DNA of 63,252 nt, the filler included, from Asterionella formosa (lineage: Eukaryota): NCBI GenBank assembly GCA_002256025.1. It is 3 parts of 3 records of this genome, joined end to end, with 100 filler letters (N's around TTAATTAATTAA, not from the genome) between each part and the next. Parts side by side here need not be neighbours in the genome. Positions count along the whole stretch, not along the records: positions 30,691 to 61,228 come from NKIB01000849.1; positions 61,329 to 63,252 come from NKIB01000851.1; 1 more part is not named here. The stretch is one strand, 5' to 3'. Of the stretch, positions 48,306-61,489 are shown piece after piece; the first letter of the stretch is position 1; every line of letters begins with the position of its first letter. Below the pieces are notes generated by a model. That model did no database searches and had not been told where the DNA came from. It saw only the letters and a program-made list of their open reading frames with translations. A program made the translations under genes and the position numbers.

Positions 48306-50449
48306 ACAATAGATGATACAATAGACAGTAGTACCTGGTACCAGTGCTCACACACAAGTAGACTCGAACATGCATAGGCATATATATGCATACCTATCAT
48401 GTCTTCTAAACTATAGATTGCTACAGCAGATATATACACATAATCATGTACGACTGTCCTACTCATGCAAAACGCATTCAGATTGGAGCGGTTGTTGATC
48501 TTTGCAGCCAGTGATGGTATACATACAAAAATACATGTATATATATACATACAATATTCTACAAGACGATGAATATTATTCATATTAGATGATAAATCGA
48601 ATTTATATGATCATATGATCGCCATTATAAGATGCATCACACAAATTAGATGTTTTCTATTTGCAGACGAAACTACATGCGCATCACACTCAAACAGAAA
48701 TCAGCGAAAATATAGCAATGTGGTATAACCACTCCTCCTGTGAAAAATCATTTTTACAACCTACTGCCATTGCACCATATGTTCGGCTGCAGGGGACTCA
48801 TCATTCAACCTATTTTGTTCCTGCTGGCTGGTGGTGCTGATGATCCAATGATTCGATGTGAAGGGTAAGCTCCACAGAGCATTTCTGAAGGGTACCAAAC
48901 CTATGCAGCTGTTTTTCCGGATCTGCTTCCCGAGTCTCAGAAGCCTGTAGTGGTACCATTTGGGTAAGCATTTTTGCAAGTGCACAACACAGATCAAGAA
49001 TTATGGGAAAAGCTTTTTTATGTTGACAACCACTGCCCATGTCCTCATGGGACGTTGCAAGCCTGTTTGTTGTATTGTGTGCTGGTAGGCAACGTTTTTC
49101 CGGAGTACAATAAGCAATGATGGAAGAACCTAGGTACATGATGCCCAGAGTAGAGTTGGAAGTGCTGAATTAGGAGAATGCTGAGACACTACGAAAAACT
49201 GCAATTGAAGTCATCTGCAAATTAAAAGTATCATGTAAGTAAGATCAAGATGTTGTACACTAAGTGGCAAAGGATTTTTCATTATATGATACCTTTGCAC
49301 TTAAATGTGGGATCAAATCATACTAGTACTATAAGTATGATAATATCATCATACTTTAAATGAAAATACTATCATTTTTCGCATTGTATTGTTGGTTGTC
49401 ACAATTTGTCAGAAGCGATTCCAAGAATCTACAAATGATAATCTGTTTTATAACCCTTGTTTTGTACTCCCCATTTTCAAGGCAAGTATTCATTGTGATA
49501 CCTGCCAACACGACCTGTGCTTCCCTAGTTTTGTTAGCGTAGGTGAGTCCCCAACCACCTTTTGCGAAAGGTGATTGTTTTTGCCGCAGCATTAGGGGAA
49601 ATTCCGACCAGCCAGGAAGGCGCTTGTAGGGGGAAACCAACTTTTTCTTTCAGAACAGGCAAGACTGTGCAGGACAGTAAGGAGTGTGGGAGTCAAATCC
49701 AACAATTGCTTCTAAAAAAGCGGGAATCGAACCAAACAGCTTCAGATCAAAGGCAATGTGCTCAACCAACTGAGCCATTCCCTAGCGATTCCAATCTTCA
49801 AATGAACATCATAATTATTGGAACAGCCTATTGTAAGCAAGGGTCGATGATTATACAATAATATTCATCTGGCATAAATAATTGAATCGCAAACTGATCA
49901 TACAATATTTATAAATGGTTCAACCATGTTTCTTATCAATATCATAGTGGTGACAAATCATTCTTTGACCACAGGAAGCCTTTAACGGCAAAATTTATTC
50001 ATAAATATAATAACTTCATTTCATATGCGCCTTAAAACTACACAACTATGAAAAGTGCAGCTTGCGTGGCGCTTCCAGGCGTCTCTCTCCATCCTAGATT
50101 ACGAAGTGAGAATCAATCCACGATCAACCCAACAGACGTGGTGACGAAGGGCGCTGGTATGCGGCCGAGGAAACGGTGGATACACTCCCTCGAATGGGAG
50201 TCAAATTAAGTGTGCTTGTTGGTGCCGGTGTTGCAGAATATTGATCAGTCTTTTACTTGTCTACAAACCTGAACATAAAATGGATAGCTAGGTTTGAGTT
50301 GTTGGAGGCTGAGCGAGCGAGGCTCGGTGCTCCTGCAGACTCTCTTGGTGGTACCTGTGGTACTGGAATTCGTGAATCAAAATTGTGGATAGATTGCTGG
50401 TTTGTTTTGGCCAACTCTCAGAATTCTTTGAACAGAAATTCTGCCTTTT

Positions 50450-50783
50450 GAAGAAACCTATGCTTGCTTTGTGCCCAGCCGTGATTTCAGAATATCAATC
50501 ATTGGATACTTAAATAAGTGAGCATCTCTCACACAAATCTCCTGTTGATTTGCATAAAAGTATCTGATGCATGCGGGCGTCACTACCTGATTGGGAAATG
50601 GTATTGTTGAGGGAATTCTGGATAACCTCGTTCCTATCGTCCCAAGCCTTTGTTGCCAGTGACCAGAGTTGTATAATTACCTCTGAAGTCAAATTGTGAG
50701 CTGTCTGGAGGTGGTTTTCCTTTGATTCTGCCATTATAGCAAACCCCCGCCATCTAGTAGATAGGTACTACCGGTAACCCCGC
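50450..50783 (-). mobile_element. Non-LTR retrotransposon relic, 3' part (downstream of Copia insertion)
   Basis: YLSTRW...IIQLWSLATKAWDDRNEVI, continuing the relic at 56028-56600. Confidence 0.65.
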
Positions 50784-53700
50784 TGTTCAATCCACAAGTT
50801 CGGACTGTATTCTATTGTGTCTGTAAGACAACAATGGAAAGAAGACAGCCTACAGGGGAGGCTTTATCGATGTAAACCCGATAAAAAATAAAGAATGAGC
50901 AGAACTCATGTTAACTATGTATATATACCTACTCATTCAGCCACGTAGCCTTCACTGTGGACGTGGCTTCTTTCTTCTTTTTCTTTCCTTGTACTTTAAT
51001 CCATTCATCGTCTGTATCTTGTACGTTCATATTTCCTAACAAACTCCTGTGATCCTGGAAGCTAACAGTTGCTGGATCAACATTCATAATCTCGTTTCTG
51101 AATTTCTGGAAAAGGACGCCCTGTAGTGGCTTTGTAAAAAAATCTGCAACCATCTCTTGTGTGGGGCAGTATTGAACTGACACCTCTTTTGCCTCAATAC
51201 GATCGGTAACAAAAAAGTATCTGATGTTAATATGGCAAGTTCTTTTGCTGGTGCTCGATGCCTTGCCATTCTTTTCCAACAGTATTGCGCTCTGATTATC
51301 CTGAAATATAATTGAATCTTTAACGTCATACCCTTGAGCTTCCAAGAAATATCGTGTCCACAATATCTGTGGCATTGCATCATTGACTCCTACAAGCTCA
51401 CCTTCCGTGGAACTTCTTGTGTTAATTCTTTGCCTGGTTGATGTGCCATATATTCCTCCTTTTGCTAGGGTCATTACAGCTCCGGTGTTATTCACGGTTC
51501 CTCGTAAATACCTCATTATCCAAGTCAATTTTTTGTAATCATCGGTGTTAGGAGCCTTAACACGTGTACATAGAAATGCCACTGCAGTCTGAATATCCGG
51601 GCGGGCACATTTACATAAAAACAACAGCTTGGCCATGTTATGATGAAACATCGCGGATTGTTCCTCGTTCAACTTGATTGGTTCTGTTTCGTTCACTTCA
51701 AAGAGATGATTTGCTGCTGCAGTCACAGCTTCCCCATCCATGTCTGTTGGTAGCTCGTTTGGCATCCGTTCAATAAAATCCTTCATTGACACCATGACCT
51801 TTCCTGGTGTAGTAAAATCAAGAATCATGCCCAGGTATTCATGAACTTTTCCACGTGTCTCTGCAAGGGGTGCCTCAATGCCAAACTCCGCCTCTAACTG
51901 TTTGATTACCTTGGTAATCACATTTGGCTTGACATGAGATATCTTTAGATCATCCACATGCCATAATATTGTGCATTGGGTCCCATCAATTGTCTTGTTC
52001 ATTACACACCAATCGTATGGATTCACCTCAAATCCCCATTGTTTCAATTTCGTTGTGAGTTTCTTCCAAAATAACAGCGCTGCCTTGAGAGTTCCGTACA
52101 GTGCTTTCTTTAGTTCCACATATAAGACCTGCTTACCCCCTTGCATCTGCACATGTTTGCGGTATAGTTTGGGATCTATTCGCGCAAGGTGTTCGGCCAT
52201 TTTACCTTCCAACTTCATGTGAACGACATCCTCCATATCCGCCTGCATGAATGCCCCGGGTATGTCAATTGTGGCAACATCGCGACCTTCCATTGCATCG
52301 ATTACACAGGATAGCAGTACTGATTCGATAGCCACAGTTGGTGAACTTGCCTCTTCCTTGTTTGTATAGGCTCTCTGCTTTCGGCCATCGGCACATCCCC
52401 ATCCCTTTATGACACCATTCCGTTTTTGTTTTAGAAACATTAAATATTGCAGAGCACCTTGTTTTTCCTCATTTGTCATCTCTTTGGCGTTCAATGGCTC
52501 TAGGACCTTTCTGTCATGTAGCTGTTGTAGTTCCTTTAGTACTGCATCAATTCCTGCATCACCGAAGAGCTTTATCCCTTTTTTCATGTTATGCTGTGTC
52601 ATCACTGTATTTCCAAGAGTTGTATGCATGTGACTATAGTCCTGTGGTCGTCTGGGTCGTAGTTCATATCCACTGCTTCGGGTCCCATATTTCGCATCCA
52701 TTTCCTTGTCAAGTGACATGTTTTGTTGCTCCTCTTCACTGGCCAGATTATTAATATTATCTTCAAAATTTTCGTCCTCAATTTCGTTTTCTAAATTTTC
52801 CTCCTTGATTTCGGCATTATTTTGTTTGTGTTCTTCATCATAATGTTCGTGTTCCTCCTCGATTTCGGCATTATTTTGTTCGTGTTCTTCATCATAAACT
52901 CCTGCGATGGGAGCATCAGGGATGTTTTCCGCATCAGAAGTTAGATAATAGTCATCATTGTATTCATTAATACTGGAATTGGCATCCTCATCAGGGTGAT
53001 AGGACTCGTCATCACTATCATCATCCTCAGGGTTGGTGAGAGAAGCACCATCACGATCAGTGAACATCAGCTCAGGGGTGCCATTGCCGGTATTGCGGCG
53101 AGCAAGGACATGTATTATATCAATTACTTCTGCTGGCATAGGTAATGCGGTCCAATGGTTCCGATTTAGAACTCGACCGCTAGTGAGGCTATAAAAGTAG
53201 TAACCGCCTTGCTCGTTTCCTGTTGGTTGTAGTGCGATTGCCCCTGTGGTTCTGGTGGCCATGGAGTTGTCATGCTCTTCATGAACTTGCACATATGTAC
53301 CAAACTCAAGTTTGCAGTGCTTATTGTAATCGATGAGTGTTCCAATCATAATGGCACGAGGGCTTAGTGTAGGAGATATTCCATCTTCTGCTGGGAAACT
53401 GTTAAGCCAGAACACACTGTGATAGACTATTTCAATTATCATCCTTGTTGGAATTCGCCGAAACGGCAATGTGTTATATACAAAACGTGCACGCTCTTTG
53501 ATGGTACAAATGTATCTTTCCACTTCTGGGACGTGTTCATCATTGGAAACAATATTGAGATTGCTTTACATTTCGGCCAGGTCACCTCTGATTGATTCAA
53601 ATTGTCCATCCATTAATAATGTTGAAATCTTAAATCCCCTCTTCATATAGGCACTTTTCACTTGTTTAATTGCCCTTAGTATTGTCTTGCTTTGTTGGTT

Positions 53701-56022
53701 TTGCAGCATTTCTGCCATCCCACATTTGACGTGGCGGGACATGGTCACAAAGAAAGGTATTTTGTTCACAAACATGATGTCACCTCCAAAGATGATACTT
53801 TTATAGTGATTCATGATGCTGGCTGGAATGTCAATTAGATTGATTGCCACATGATCAGTACCACGTCGAGTGGTTTTCCCTTTTAGTGATCCCACATCAG
53901 GACCAACTATATCCTCTGCCATCATGATGTCCCTTTGTGTCACTGGGCAGTTTGGTAGTAAATTTTAGTGAATGTACAACTACTTGGCCTTTCTATGATC
54001 TTTTGCAATTGACGAGCTAATACTGCATGAGAATAGTCAAGGTTGGTGTGGTCAGAACGGTTATCGTCTACCGTATTAACCAGTGTGTCCTCTGTAGTGC
54101 TGGCCATCTTGCTGTCCATGAAGTATAGACCACGATCTGATTGTTTAAACACTCTCATGCTTCCGTCTGGTTTGTGAATGATGAAATCATTTCCATCCTT
54201 GCCGTCATATTTAATGTGGTACCCACGTTCCTGCATTTTTGCCAGCAACAAGATGTTGGCAATCCCATTTGGATGGTACACACTGTCCCATATCCTGGCA
54301 AGTCACCGACCAAGTTAGTGCTTGTAACACCTGCATTGCAGTGAATATCCATATGTTTTTCAACTTTTCTGATATTCTTGAGTAGATTTGCATTATAGAA
54401 GACATCAACAGTAGACTGATTGTCTAACAAGATCCAGCTCTTTGGGATTTTTCCGCCCTCATCTAGCTTCAATGATACTTTCTTTTGTGTGCTGCAGGAA
54501 TTGGAAGTGCACGTCATGATTGAACTCTCCATTCTCTATACCTGCCGTCAAAAGCATGGAGCCAGTTTGATGCTCCTGACGCGGCTCCTCTTCGCATTTG
54601 TCAGCAAAATGTCCCTGTTTGCCACATTTGTGGCATGTGATGTGTGACAGTTTATTTCGTCCAGATTTAGTATGTCCACTGTTTGCAAGCGCTATGTCTT
54701 GTTCTCCACGTTCACCATCTACATTGGTAAACGATACTCCATCGCTGACTGGTCCACTTGTATGTATGAGATAGCGGGGGTCTTATTTCCAATTAGTAAG
54801 CAGATTATAGGCTGCAGTGATGGATGTTGGGTAATTATTTTGGCCTTGGAGATAGTCATTCTCCAAGTTCTCAAGCAGGCAACCAAACCTAGCCTTATCT
54901 GAACCAAGCATGAAGGCAACAGCCAAATAGCGGTTCTGGGCCTCCTTCTCTATTTCCATTTGTTGCATGGTTGTGGCGTTTGTTGGATCAATGCCCCTTT
55001 CCCTCATTACGGCTGTTTCGATTCCTGGTTGATGGCCCACCATTCCTCCTGTATTTCCAATGACATCTATCATGTTTTGAAACTGTTCAAGATAAGCCTG
55101 GGTTGTCATATACTTTCCTTGGACCGTCATGTAGGAACGCCGAGTCGATTCATACAGTGAATGTGGAAGGTACTTTTGGCTTTGGAAGTTGAAAGCAGTG
55201 TTTTTGATTGCTTTGAGCAATGCAAGACCATCACCGTTGGTCGACATCTCCTCGAAATCGTGCAAGGCCTCGATTTTTTGCCTCATAATGTCTGTGCATT
55301 GGCCCCAGACTAGTGAATATAGGGTCTTGATATTCTCGCTTATGTAGGTTGTTGGCTTAACATATTCATCTACCTGTTTTTCCCAAATGCGCTCCTGAGT
55401 CCTGGATGCGCCTGCTGGTGGGTCATATGATGGCTCAGCGATGTTTGGCACCTGCAGGTTTTCTACTGCCAATCGGATGTCACCGCCATACTTGTAGGTC
55501 CGCCCCACAAACTCAGCCACCTCCTTTGTTGTCTTGATAAACAAGTCTGCCTGTCTTGCATCTGAGCAATCGTAGACATGACCTTTCAGCTCGTCGCACT
55601 TCCCTTCAAACTTGGGCTGCCGTGGAACAGCATTCTTCTGGTTTCCGTGGTTTCCATATCGATATGGTAGCTTCTTGCCACCAACACTTTCCTTCTTGTC
55701 TTTTTGTGCGGCATCACCGCCGCCACCATCATCGGCTGCCGTATTGCCTTTTTCTTTATAAATTATGTTCAATCCACAAGTTCGGACTGTATTCTATTGT
55801 GTCTGTAAGACAACAATGGACAGAAGACAGCCTACAGGGGAGGCTTTATCGATGTAAACCCGATAATTAGTAAAGAATGAGCAGAACTCATGTTAACTAT
55901 GTATATATACCTACTCATTCAGCCATGTAGCCTTCACTGTGGACGTGGCTTCTTTCTTCTTTTTCTTTCCTTGTACTTTAATCCATTCATCGTCTGTATC
56001 TTGTACGTTCATATTTCCTAAC
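50784..56022 (-). mobile_element. Full-length but defective CoDi-type Ty1/Copia LTR retrotransposon
   Basis: LTRs 50784-51041 and 55766-56022 (~5 substitutions); CCCGC on both flanks. Gag, protease (WILLDNQST), integrase (GDIMFV...DGQF...ERYI), RT (DIPGAF, LYG, HVDD), RNase H (SSTEGE, QDNQS, ADFFTKPL). Several frameshifts. Confidence 0.95.
50929..53523 (-). pseudogene. Copia pol fragment (integrase C-terminal part, RT, RNase H with deletion)
   Basis: 864-codon open frame running into the 3' LTR; upstream frames broken. Confidence 0.9.
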
Positions 56023-56027
56023 CCCGC

Positions 56028-56600
56028 AGGGTGAAGATGCGTCAAATATCACGTTGCTGCTGAAGAGCCTCTTTAACAATAGCTTTTTTAGACGGATTTG
56101 TGCCAAGAACAACATGTTCCGGAAAATTTTCCATTGGTGTGCGTATACAAAAGATGAGTGATGTAGGCAACAAAAATGGGAGTCATTTGACCTCTGGCAT
56201 GACTTTTTTGAGTTGAGAGTCAAACAGGAGCGATAAGCGGAGATCTCGATTTCATCGAATTTTTCGCCATTTGCAGGTGAGCACGTGCTCCGTAGTTTCT
56301 TATGTATTGCAATGTGGACATTCATAGCTCCCTTTTGTCGTCAGAGAGCGCCTGGACCATGTGGGAAGCCAAGAACCATGGACAATTTCGGAGAGAATAA
56401 TTTTGTCATTTCCTTTTTGCTCCCTGAACGCCTTAGAAAACGCCACACAATTTATGTACTTATACGAAAACGACATCCTGCCTTTCTATATGAATAATTC
56501 CCTGTAGTTTGCCTCCTGGATACTGACCCTCATCCAACAAGAGGTGCCGCTATAGATTCGTGTGGTGCCCAGCAAGAGACTATCTTTCATTGTTGGAAAA
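56028..56600 (-). mobile_element. Non-LTR retrotransposon relic with CCHC zinc knuckle
   Basis: WLPTWSRR...ECPHCNT*ETTEHVLTC...ALQQQRDI. Confidence 0.7.
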
Positions 56601-56684
56601 TGAGAACACTAAGTGCTGCTATCATTTCTAAAGGTAGTCAAGATGAATTGACATATACTGGTGGTTTCGTAAAGGAACAGTTTT

Positions 56685-56989
56685 AATAACTCGCTCTAAT
56701 ATTGACAACGAAAATGAAATAGCCGATAGCGCATTTTTCATGATTAATTTATAGATGCACAGTTCAAAACGACAAAACTATCAGCAGATTTGACACTTTC
56801 ACAGTAGCTATACAACAACTACAAAGAGGACTAAACAATAACATGATTAAGTAAAGCAAAAGATGCGAAGTAAGTTATTTATTAGCTTAGAATTGATTGC
56901 TTGTAAAGACGCCGCAAAATGGAGTCTTTGTGAGATGGATGATGGAGGCGTGATGGTGATGAGATTTCAAAATTGATTGCTTACCAGTA
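56685..56989. repeat. ~300-bp dispersed repeat, copy 3 of 3
   Basis: Close match to 33960-34272. Confidence 0.9.
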
Positions 56990-59816
56990 AGTACCCAGGT
57001 AGAGTACTGGTACCGGAATACTATTGTCTTCAATATCCTGGTGTACTCCAAGTCGACAGTCGATACAGTACCGTAATTGGTAGAATTAAACCCAAGTTGT
57101 ATTTTCCTGTAGGCCTCTATCTACTGGGTCATTTTAATACTGGCACGGTATTGATCTGAAAATACAAATGGAAGGACCGCGTTACAACAGTATGTAGATA
57201 TTCGAAAAATTAAACAATAACTGTACGTAAGATCATTGTAGGAATATACACTGTAGGAGTACTTATTAGCTATTACACTGTACTGGTACGACCTGGCCAC
57301 CTGATACCGGAACCGGTACCTGGTGGGCGGAGTACCTGGTACACAGAAATTAAACCCAATACTCATTCATGCACCATTGGTACCTAGGTACCAGAAAAGA
57401 ACTGCTGCCATGACACATTGAGAATATTTTTGAACTCCCGTGACCTATTGAATGCAGAATAACACGTTTTGCAATCAAAACTTACATAAATGTAAATTTT
57501 GACAGTTCTGGCTCCTTCCCAAGCAAATAGGCCAGTCAGCTATGTAATTAGTTTGAGATTTGGAGCAAGTTGTTCATCTCGATAGATTGCCTGAAAGGGT
57601 ACAAACGGATCCGCAATTCGGTAGAATTTACCGTTAGTCGGAGGAGTCAAACAAACACTCTAACTCAATGGGTCATGGCAATTTTTTACTGGTACTTAGT
57701 ATGCAGCAGCGGTAGAATACTTCTTATCTGCAGGTACCACCTAAAAACTTCTTTGAACCTCTATTTCACTACGTTAGATAGATTAGTATGACTAAACACT
57801 GAAATATTCATTTGACTAATCATCTTAGATACTCCAGATGCTCACAAGAGGTAGGGGATTATGATTGGACAAACAATTCAACCAGATTCCATCGACAACG
57901 GAAGATATGATTGGTTTATGATGATGAATATACCCATTAAGGAGCGAGGTTCAATGCGGTATATGAAAATATCTTAATACTGTAGAATTAATTTATGTTC
58001 CACAGGGAAGACGAATTTTCATAATGCATATTCGCCATCAATTACGGATACTACGTACACTTGGTATGATTTCTACCATGGAGCTAAACAAATCTATGTG
58101 CGATCTAAATAAATATATGATAGTAAGGTTTACCTGATTCATATATGTGTACATATGCCTGTATACTCCGAGGTCGTGGTAAACCGCTATTTTGTCCTAA
58201 AAAGGACGATCAACATTTTCACCTATAAAATACATCTGCAAATAAGAAACAATCATATTCCTATGATGCATCATAGGATTATGATCATCTGATCATAATT
58301 TTTCGTTTTAACATCTGATAAATGCCCTAGTAATTTAAATAGTAACCCTTTTAACTATGGAAATTTAATTATTATATGTATTGTTTCTTATAGGTTCCTT
58401 TATTTAAATTTCTTGGTAGGATAATGTCGTACCAGCTAAAGTAATGCGGTTTGGCTCATCATCCTCTCCAGTCCTCACTCTGATTCTTGCAACAACGACG
58501 AAGCAGCCATATCGAGAGGAACGAGTTTTTTTGATAAAATCTTCATTTGCTCGTCGTTTTAGTCATCATATGTCTTCGATGAATCATCATCTACAGTGCA
58601 CAGTATGTTCGTATGCAATCCGTTAAGAGCTTGAAAAGAAATCCAATGAAAACGAAATGGCTCATCACACAACACGAATATTTCCGGTCTGTCACCCCCA
58701 GAGTATCGATCAGTGTTACAACCTCAATCATAGCTTAACAACATCCATAATAGAACAGCATAATCTACTTCTCTGTTACATCGTCTCTCTAACGAGAAAA
58801 TAATACATTTAGAATTGAAACACAGCAAAGCAGGCGATATGTATGTAAATACTTACCGGTAGTTAATAAATGTTATATCGGGTTGTTGCTGTGATGATGA
58901 TGGCAGTTACGAATTTCCAATCCCAACGACTCTGAAAACAGTTGATTAAGGTTGCAGCCCCGACATAACCCTAGTTTGGAGAAAACGTCCCTAGGGTTGT
59001 AAAAACGGCGTGGAACAGGGAGTTTCCTACTATGAATTCCCATGATTCGAGTGTCCATTTGAATATTTGAATTAAATCGGAATCGGCGCCAGATTGATAG
59101 AGTTCCATTTTAAACAAACAAAATTGATATTTCAACGTTAACACTATATCTATGTTGCTGTATGTAGACATGATTTTACTCAACGCCAAGATACATATAT
59201 AAATCAGGAGTATTCCAACATGTATGCTCATGGTTCGTGTTTATACTTTTAGATTGAATCTACAGTGCTGGATGTAATTTAAATATTACTCCACGCACAA
59301 AGGTATATACTGATATTTATATAAATCAGTACCGGAGTAGCAGAGTACCAGGTACCGGTATACAGTACATAATAATAATCTTGGTCCATGATCATGGAAG
59401 ACAGGATGAAACTAGCACCTGGTACCGGTACTGATTCTACCTATGTAACGGTATACAATACATCTAATTCGTGTGGTTCAAGTGTGCTGGCGTAATTTTA
59501 AAAGATTGGAATACTTCAGCCAATCTGGAGCAGGTGAGTAAATTCAATTCAACCAATCAGAACATGTGTAGTGACACGGCACCTTACCCTGGAGTCTTTT
59601 CGGACTGAGAATTATGCAGCGAAACATACCTACACAAGACCCTTTGTGTCTACAGGAACGTTTTCGCACGTACAAATTCCTATTCCAATATTTTGGCGAC
59701 TGTTGAAAAAGCCGATCGGAACGACTTTTTGGAGGAGGATTGGTCTACATCTCCGGAGTTTCATGAAGATAAAAATAGGTAGCCGTGTACTCTACAACGT
59801 CAGGAGTTAAATTCTG

Positions 59817-59932
59817 GAGAGAAACTGCAGTTATCCCTCGTAGATTTAAAAAAGCTAGCTAGAGGATAGCCCCCTTTTTTGACTACTTTTTGGATAGTTA
59901 CGATTCCAAGAGGGATAACTGCAGTTTCTCTC
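59817..59932. repeat. Perfect 23-bp inverted repeat with 70-nt spacer
   Basis: gagagaaactgcagttatccctc ... gagggataactgcagtttctctc. Confidence 0.9.
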
Positions 59933-60358
59933 TTCAGAAATGAGGTCCTTATCATATCTGTATATAGAACATACCCCTAAGTCGAGCAATGACTTTATCT
60001 AAGCATATGCTAAGTGTTCGGATTGGTGAAAGCTAATTCCACCTTTAACTATTCTATTTAGTTGTACGTAATGTGTGGATTCAGGTACATCATAAATAAA
60101 TTTTGGGAAAAAAGACCTCGCAATGTGTAACTGCGGGGCCGCAACCTTATTATATATATAAGGGCCATTCTTATCATTTTTTTCGTGTATCACGGAATTT
60201 GAAATTTTTGAAAATGTATCAGCAACAGTAACTCGATTTGAACTGAATTTCATTCATTTCAAACTTGACACTGTATCACTAATTTGTATCACAGTGTATC
60301 GTGGAGTTCTCAACGGTAACAGGCCAGCCACGAACATCTAGATATATCTGAGCAGTAA

Positions 60359-61150
60359 TATGCATATGTGTAGCCTAAATAAAAATAAACGGAATATAAT
60401 AACAAATATCATATCATCTTACGGAGCCTGTGTGTACATGTTACTAGAACCCTGGTACCAGTACCAGGTATGGAGAGACTTGTCAACATGTTGTTGTCAA
60501 CACATTGACCATGTTGATAATCAGCTATTTCTCCACCAAAATGGCAAAGGAGTCTCTGCGCCTTTGCGGTCTAAGATATCATTGTTTGAACGATGCAATA
60601 GAAAAGGAACTATAGATATATCTTTAAAATTGCATAAGAAAGTATGAATCTACAATGTAGAAGAGCATTCGTCAATTTATAGGATTGCAAATAGAACTAT
60701 TGATTTGTTACAGCAACGACTAAAGCTATGACTGCTAATACGACTACAACAATACTATCATATGGCAAAAGTGCTTGCAAAAGTGGTGTGAGGCTAGAAT
60801 TTGAATTTTAGACGCCATTAGATCAATCGATTGCACCAGTGGTGCTTTCATGTTGCGCTGTGTTGCTGATATTGATTTTCCATCCACAAAATAAATTATA
60901 TAGTTGGCGCTGGCATGTGTACAGTTATTTTTTCAGTGGCAACAGACATGATGCACAGTGATCAACAGCTGTATCACTGATACAGCATTGGTCAGGGGTC
61001 CAAAAACTGTATCAGTGATACACCCATGATACACTGGTGATCAGACCAAAAGAAACTGTTGGAGATACACAAAAAAACCAAACTGCCATTTTTGTATCAT
61101 ATTTCGGAGATGATACACCAATGATGACCAATGACAGAATGATAAGAACA
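60359..61150. repeat. Dispersed repeat, copy 2 of 846-1572
   Basis: Colinear similarity, with an extra segment near 60416-60470. Confidence 0.85.
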
Positions 61151-61228
61151 GCCGTATAAGATAAGTTGTTTTCATCACTTCGGCCAGAGAAGGAGAACGA
61201 TTTTGATTTTTGGAGAGAATAAAGCAAC

Positions 61229-61328
61229 NNNNNNNNNNNNNNNNNNNNNNNNNNNNNNNNNNNNNNNNNNNNTTAATTAATTAANNNNNNNNNNNNNNNN
61301 NNNNNNNNNNNNNNNNNNNNNNNNNNNN
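61229..61328. other. Artificial scaffold-joining linker
   Basis: TTAATTAATTAA at 61273-61284 within a 100-base N block. Confidence 0.95.
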
Positions 61329-61489
61329 ATGTGAACGATTACAAGATAGATCAAATAAGCTCACAATAAGGTGGGATTAGAACAGAAGGTTTTAATACAC
61401 TGAGCTTGTCTAGAAAGAGCTAGCATGATTGCAGTCAGACTGCAGAAGAATTTAACACGCTTGCAAGTGGATCAACTTCGTTTTGCAAC

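Noticed and set aside
48700..50000. Short ORFs with coding-like composition
   Set aside because: No recognisable motif; probably TE debris.
846..61150. The two ~730-bp copies as LTRs or ends of a giant element
   Set aside because: On different scaffolds, diverged, and no TG...CA ends or TSD.
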